64,000 nucleotides of DNA from the human T2T-CHM13v2.0 reference genome, Homo sapiens. Shown here piece by piece: positions 58,896 to 64,000 of the stretch. The DNA is taken from NCBI RefSeq assembly GCF_009914755.1, contig NC_060928.1; one strand, given 5' to 3'. A program made the position numbers and the translations under genes. The notes under the pieces were generated by a model. It made no database searches and had not been told where the DNA came from. It worked only from the letters and a program-made list of their open reading frames with translations. Every line of letters begins with the position of its first letter. The stretch's first letter is position 1.

Positions 58896-59792
58896 GAGTG
58901 CACAGATTTTCTAACAATCGATATCCTGTTGATGCCAGGTGCCTGGCTCAGAGCTTTCACCCTCCCTTTTTCATTTTGGGTATAATCACATACAGTAAAA
59001 TGCCACCCGTCTTATCTTCATCAGCACCAGCACCACCTCCTATCGTCCCCAGTTTACCCACAAGGAAACTGTATGGCAGAGAGGTTCAGTAATTTGCTGG
59101 ACATGCAGAATAAACCAGTAGCTGAGAAGGAATCAAGTCAATGTCTCATCAATTCCTCTGACTCTCTAATGACAGGGTTGGAAAATAGCCTCCTGTTACT
59201 TCTGCTTGTGCACCTGACTGAGCCCTCTCTAAATTCTGCAAGAATCACTCACTCATTCATTGTCTCACGTGATCATTCACTGTCAGTGACTCTGTGCCCA
59301 GCCCTACGTAAGGCACTTGGGCAATAGAGAAATGATTCCAATGTGGTCCTTGTCCTCAAGGCCCTACAGCCCAGCTGGGGTCGGGCCTACACAGAGAAGC
59401 TGGCCAGGCTCAGTGGAGTTGGCGCTGGACTGGGGGAAGCAGAAGCATCCAGGGGCCTCCCTGGCCCCGCATGATAGAGGGAACCTACAGCCGACAAGCC
59501 CCGGGCTAGCTGGGTTCCGCCCGTGCCCGTGCCCTTGAGATCAGAGCCCTCCATGTCCTCTCTTGTTTTAACAAGCAGGGAATTTCCGCATCTTCTACCA
59601 CCTGGAAGCAAATTCCACCAGCCCCTCTGCTCGCCACTCTTCCCTTCTCTGCCCACAAACCCCTTCTGTCTTTCCTATCTGGTACTGAGTGCTGTGTGAT
59701 GTTATCTTTTTACTGCAAATGACGATGTGAACCTTAGTTATGAGGGTATCCAAAGCCACTTTCTAAATTGTGATAATTATCACAATTATCAA

Positions 59793-60192
59793 CTTATCCC
59801 CTTATCTGCAGGGGATATGTTCCAAGACCTGCAGATGCCTGAAACCTCAGATAGAATCAAACCCTAAATGCGCTATGTCTTTTCCTATACGCTCATACCT
59901 ATGATAAGGTTTAATTTATAAATTAGGCAGGCACGATAAGAGATTGACAACATTAATAATAAAATAGAACAATCATAACAATCTACTGTAATATAAGAAC
60001 AATTATAACAATCTACTGTTATTACAACAATCTACTGTAATAATTATAACAATCTATTATAATAAAAGTTATGTGAATATGGTCTCTTTCTCTTTCAAAA
60101 TATCTTATTGTACTGTACTCATCTACTTCCAGAGCTCAGTTGATCGTGGATAACTGACACAAGGAAGGCAAAAGTGGGTGAAGGAGGCCTGC
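59793..60192. mobile_element. MER44-like Tigger MITE
   Basis: ccccttatctgcaggggatatgttccaagacc...aaaatatcttattgtactgtactca. Confidence 0.75.
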
Positions 60193-61289
60193 TGAATTGG
60201 GAAATTGTTAGACAACATTCTACAACGGCTGAACAGTGCTTGTCATTTCAGTGCTGTACAAGAATATTAATGATGTGGAAAGCTGTCCATTATAATAAAG
60301 TTCAAAAAGAACTTGCAAAATACAAGATGCATTATGATCCCATTTGGTATAAATATTGGAAATGTATGCATCAGTGTCTAAGGATTGGGATTCAGGAGGT
60401 TTTCCTTTTCTCCCAGCTCATCTGTGGTCTTCTCTATTTCTATAAGAACAGGTATTGTGTAAAACAAAAACATTTGCATTTACTACAGTCCCTCCCTGCT
60501 TTCTACCGAGTCTGTGTTACTGGGCACAGAGATGGTCCTGGAAGAACAGAGATCTTAAGAAGGAACGGGCCTGTTCCAGGAGCTGGGAATTTGATTGCCT
60601 TTTTGTCCCACGGTGATCCCTCCAGGTCCCCAGGTTGGGTTGAGAGCTCTGTCACAACAACCTTTGGGTTGTGGTCCACGCCCATGTCACGCAGTAGAGG
60701 GTTCCTCTGTAAAGTAGAAATAATCGCCTCCACTCTCCCTGTTGGAAATTGAATGGCTTTATGCACGTAAAGCACCCAGCCCGAGGCCTGGTACACACTG
60801 AGTGCGCAGTAAAAGCCCAGCCATGGGCACCCTACCTTGTGCTCTTCTCTCAGCTGTCCTTGTGCTTCTCTGCTTCCATTCCTGATTCCTCCTCGCTCCG
60901 TCTTTTCTCACCTTCCGTCTCTAGTCCTTACTCCCATAATTCCTTCTTTCTTTTGCTGTCTCAGCAAGACAGGAGCAATCCTTGTTATCAAGACCAAGTT
61001 TTTTCCCAATGGTGTTATCTCATCGAAGCCTCCTAACCTTGCCGTCAAATCAGTGGTGTCATGCCCATTTTACAGAAAAGGAAACTGAGGCCCTGCATGA
61101 TGCACTGTGCATTGGGATTGGTTTTGGATGGCTGTCTCAAGTCTCCAACGATCCTGTAAGCACTAAGGGTAAAGACTGCGTCTCCTTCACCCTCTGTATC
61201 CCACACCCCCTACCATGCACCCATCTTGTGAAGCCAAAAGAGGTGGGGCCTGGGTGAGCAGGAAGGATCTAGTATGACAGTGGCGGTGA

Positions 61290-61480
61290 GAGGATTATGC
61301 CACAGTGTAGAAAGAGTAGTTAGATTTAGAACTCTTAGCTCCTGTTCGGGCGGCCTCAAGCCAGTAGCTAAGTTCTCTAAGCCCAGTTTCCTCATCTGTA
61401 AACCAGAGATAATAACAGTCCCCACACTCCATGGGCCTCTGTGATGATTAAACGAGAAACATACATAAAACTCCTAACAG
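61290..61480 (+). mobile_element. MIR
   Basis: cagtttcctcatctgtaaa...ataataacag. Confidence 0.65.
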
Positions 61481-62526
61481 GAGAACCGGGTGGGCCATGT
61501 ATGTGCAGGCAGGTCAGCCGGGTGGCGCAGTGCTCTGGACTGGAGGCAGGGTGTCGTCTTCAGCTTCCTCACCTGGGGCAATGACTCTGCCCCAGCCTTA
61601 CCAGCCTGGTGTTCTGGGTGCTAATGGAGTGGGGGTGGCACTCAACTGAGGGTTGGGGGCTTCACAGCAAATTCATTTCCACCCACCCAGACCATCCCCT
61701 GCCCTCTTTCTTAACAGGACTCATGAAAACCGGGTCACATTTTCCCTTTGCTCTTGATGAACCAATAACCTTGAACATCTGAAAATAAAACGTCTATGGC
61801 CCCCACAGCCTACTGAGGTTGTGTGGCTCTGCAGACATTATAAAACATCAAATTAGATGGAAAATTGCCCGGGGTCCCTGTAAATGAAAATTACTCTTTT
61901 TTATAGGGGGAAAAAATGACCCTTATAATCGCAACAAACAATTCTGGGCTCTTCCTTTTATTAGCCGGCTCACATGGCAAGCAGTATTTTCTCATTCCAC
62001 CGCTTTGGCCCCAACCCATGTTTTTACCACATTTTACTTTGCACATTTTCACAGCATTGTAACATGAAAATGAGGTTCTGCCCTTGTCTTGAGTTCCTGT
62101 TGGAAGGGGATGTTTTGCCTCCGCAAAGTTTTAGCCTCCTGGTGAGTGCTGGCTGGATCCAGGCTTGGTGTAGGGTGGTGAAAGAGCACTGGATAGGGGG
62201 TTAGATGACTAAGCCTGCTGTGTGACTTCCAGCTGGTTGCTTAACCTCTCTGGGCTGCACTTTCTTCCTCCATGATAGGAGAGGGCTGGATTGGGTTAGG
62301 GATGGCACAGTCAATGCCTCTAGGTGCCAGCAAGGTGATGTCCATGTGTGATGGCCCTGTGTAAAACACCCTCGACCTCCATGGGGTCAAGCCAGGGCTT
62401 GTGGCCTCCCATTCTTGTCCACATCCCGACATAAAAACTTAGGCATTTTTTTTCTTTTTTCCTGTAGAACCTCACAAGAATATTTTGGAAACAAGACAAA
62501 GAGGGAGGATGCTGTTGGCTGTAGCT

Positions 62527-62741
62527 CAGAGCTTCTCAACACAGGGCTGATTTGGGCCCTGATTTGGCCATGTCTGGGGCGTTTTTGGCTGTCATGACTG
62601 GGCCATCATCTGGTGATGCTGCTGACATCCTGTGGGTGGAGGCCGGGTCTGTGGCTAAACACCCCACAGTGCAAAGCCCCACCACCGACAAAGGACTAGG
62701 TGGCCCCAGACGCCCCCAGTGCCCAAGGCTGAGAGCCCTGC
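62527..62741. mobile_element. MER20 hAT MITE
   Basis: ttctcaac...atgtctgg...gggtggaggccggg...gctaaacaccccacagtgca...ctgagagccctg. Confidence 0.75.
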
Positions 62742-63736
62742 AGCAGGGCGGGGTTGGGTTGGATTTGGGAGTGGAGACTGGCTGGCCTGGGTGGGTCCCT
62801 GCCACTGGCTTGACACCCTGTGATGCAAAGCAGTGCCCGTGGAGCCTTGGATCGCTGGCTGTCAGCCACATGAGTCAGCAGGGCCCGAGCACAGCCTCCA
62901 TGCTCTCTGGCTGTGATGGGCCTACAGACTGACCTTTGTCAAGGGCTGGAGAACCTCGGACGGCTGCCACCAAGCCCCAGGCAGAGCCTAAAGATTTGTC
63001 AGGGTTGGGGGTGGGGGACCAAAGATGCTGGTTAAGTGTTGAGGAGTGAGGAAGCCACAGTGACTAAGCCGCGCCTGGGCGCCGCGGGCTGATCCTAATG
63101 AAGCCTAGCCAGTCTCTCCTCCACAGTTTTGACACAGTTAGAAAAACTTTCTCTTGTTTAACTGGAAACAGCCACCCACACTCACCCTTTCACATACCAG
63201 TTGCCTTCTTGCAGATCATAGGAAATAAACTGACCTTTTAAAAAATCACAAGTGAAATATAAGGAAACAGAGTGAGCGGAGGCGTTTAGGGGTCTTGAAT
63301 TCGGCCCACTGGGCAGGAGTGAGCAGGAGTGAGATATGTGAGGCTGTGTGAGTCCATCCTGCCTCCACTCTCTGTGCTCCCGTCTGTGGAGTGGGGCAGT
63401 GGACACGGGCTCCTCAAGCCTGCTGGCTCTCTCGGTTTAGGTGTCTCCTGACGGGAGTGGGAATCCGGGCAGGGGCGGGTGGCTGCTTCTCAGGGCCTTC
63501 TCACGGCTCCCTTCTCGGGACATTTCATTCACAGATTTGTGAATCTGCAGTTTTGGGAGGATGACTAAAGGTCACTTTGTCCAACCTCAAATGCAGATAT
63601 GCCCTCTACTTTCTTCCCAAGAGGTAACATTGTCTCTCCTTGGTGGCTCCTGGGATGAGGGGCTTACTCCTATGCCCAGGCCAGCCAATTTCATTCCTGG
63701 ACACCCCTGGACAGCTCTCGCTTCCGTGCGTGCTGT

Positions 63737-64000
63737 TTTTTTTTTCCTTTTTTCTTTTTTTTTTTTTTTTGAGACAGACTCCAGCCTCGCTCTGTCGCCC
63801 AGGCTGGAGTGCAGTGGTGCCATCACCACTCACTGCAACCTCGTCCTGCAGACTCAAGCGATCCTCCCACCTCAGCTGGGATTACAGGCATGTGTTACCA
63901 CACCTGACTAATTTTTGTATTTTTAGTAGAGACAGAGTTTTGCCATGCTGCCCAAGCTGGTCTTGAACTCCTGGACGCAAGAGATCCTCCTGCCTCAGCC
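63737..64000 (-). mobile_element. AluJ, truncated by the window edge
   Basis: Poly-T followed by antisense Alu. Confidence 0.9.

Noticed and set aside
60174-60752. 192-aa ORF
   Set aside because: Non-ATG start, overlaps repeat remnants, no recognisable domain or exon structure.

Overview
Hominid (human/great-ape-like) non-coding genomic DNA, gene-poor and mostly made of transposable elements: L1s, Alus, MaLR/ERV LTRs, MIR/L2 and DNA-transposon MITEs. I found no recognisable host protein-coding exon, RNA gene or CRISPR array, and almost all short ORFs in the track are chance or repeat-derived. The main element is a full-length (~6.03 kb) L1PA2-like LINE-1 on the minus strand (25494-31518) with a 10-bp TSD. 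Its ORF2 is open for 1272 aa with catalytic motifs retained, its ORF1 is broken by one 5-bp deletion, and it carries an extended ORF0. It sits inside an old L1M. Also present: a complete THE1D-like MaLR provirus (45249-47654), a 52-bp local templated insertion inside an Alu copied from an LTR 1.8 kb away, a 24-bp VNTR that arose in an LTR, an AT-rich palindromic tandem array, and several TE-poor motif clusters that may be enhancers. I see no convincing evidence of a new biological system. The best leads are listed as findings. Repeat subfamily names come from recalled consensus sequences, and boundaries of old repeats are approximate.
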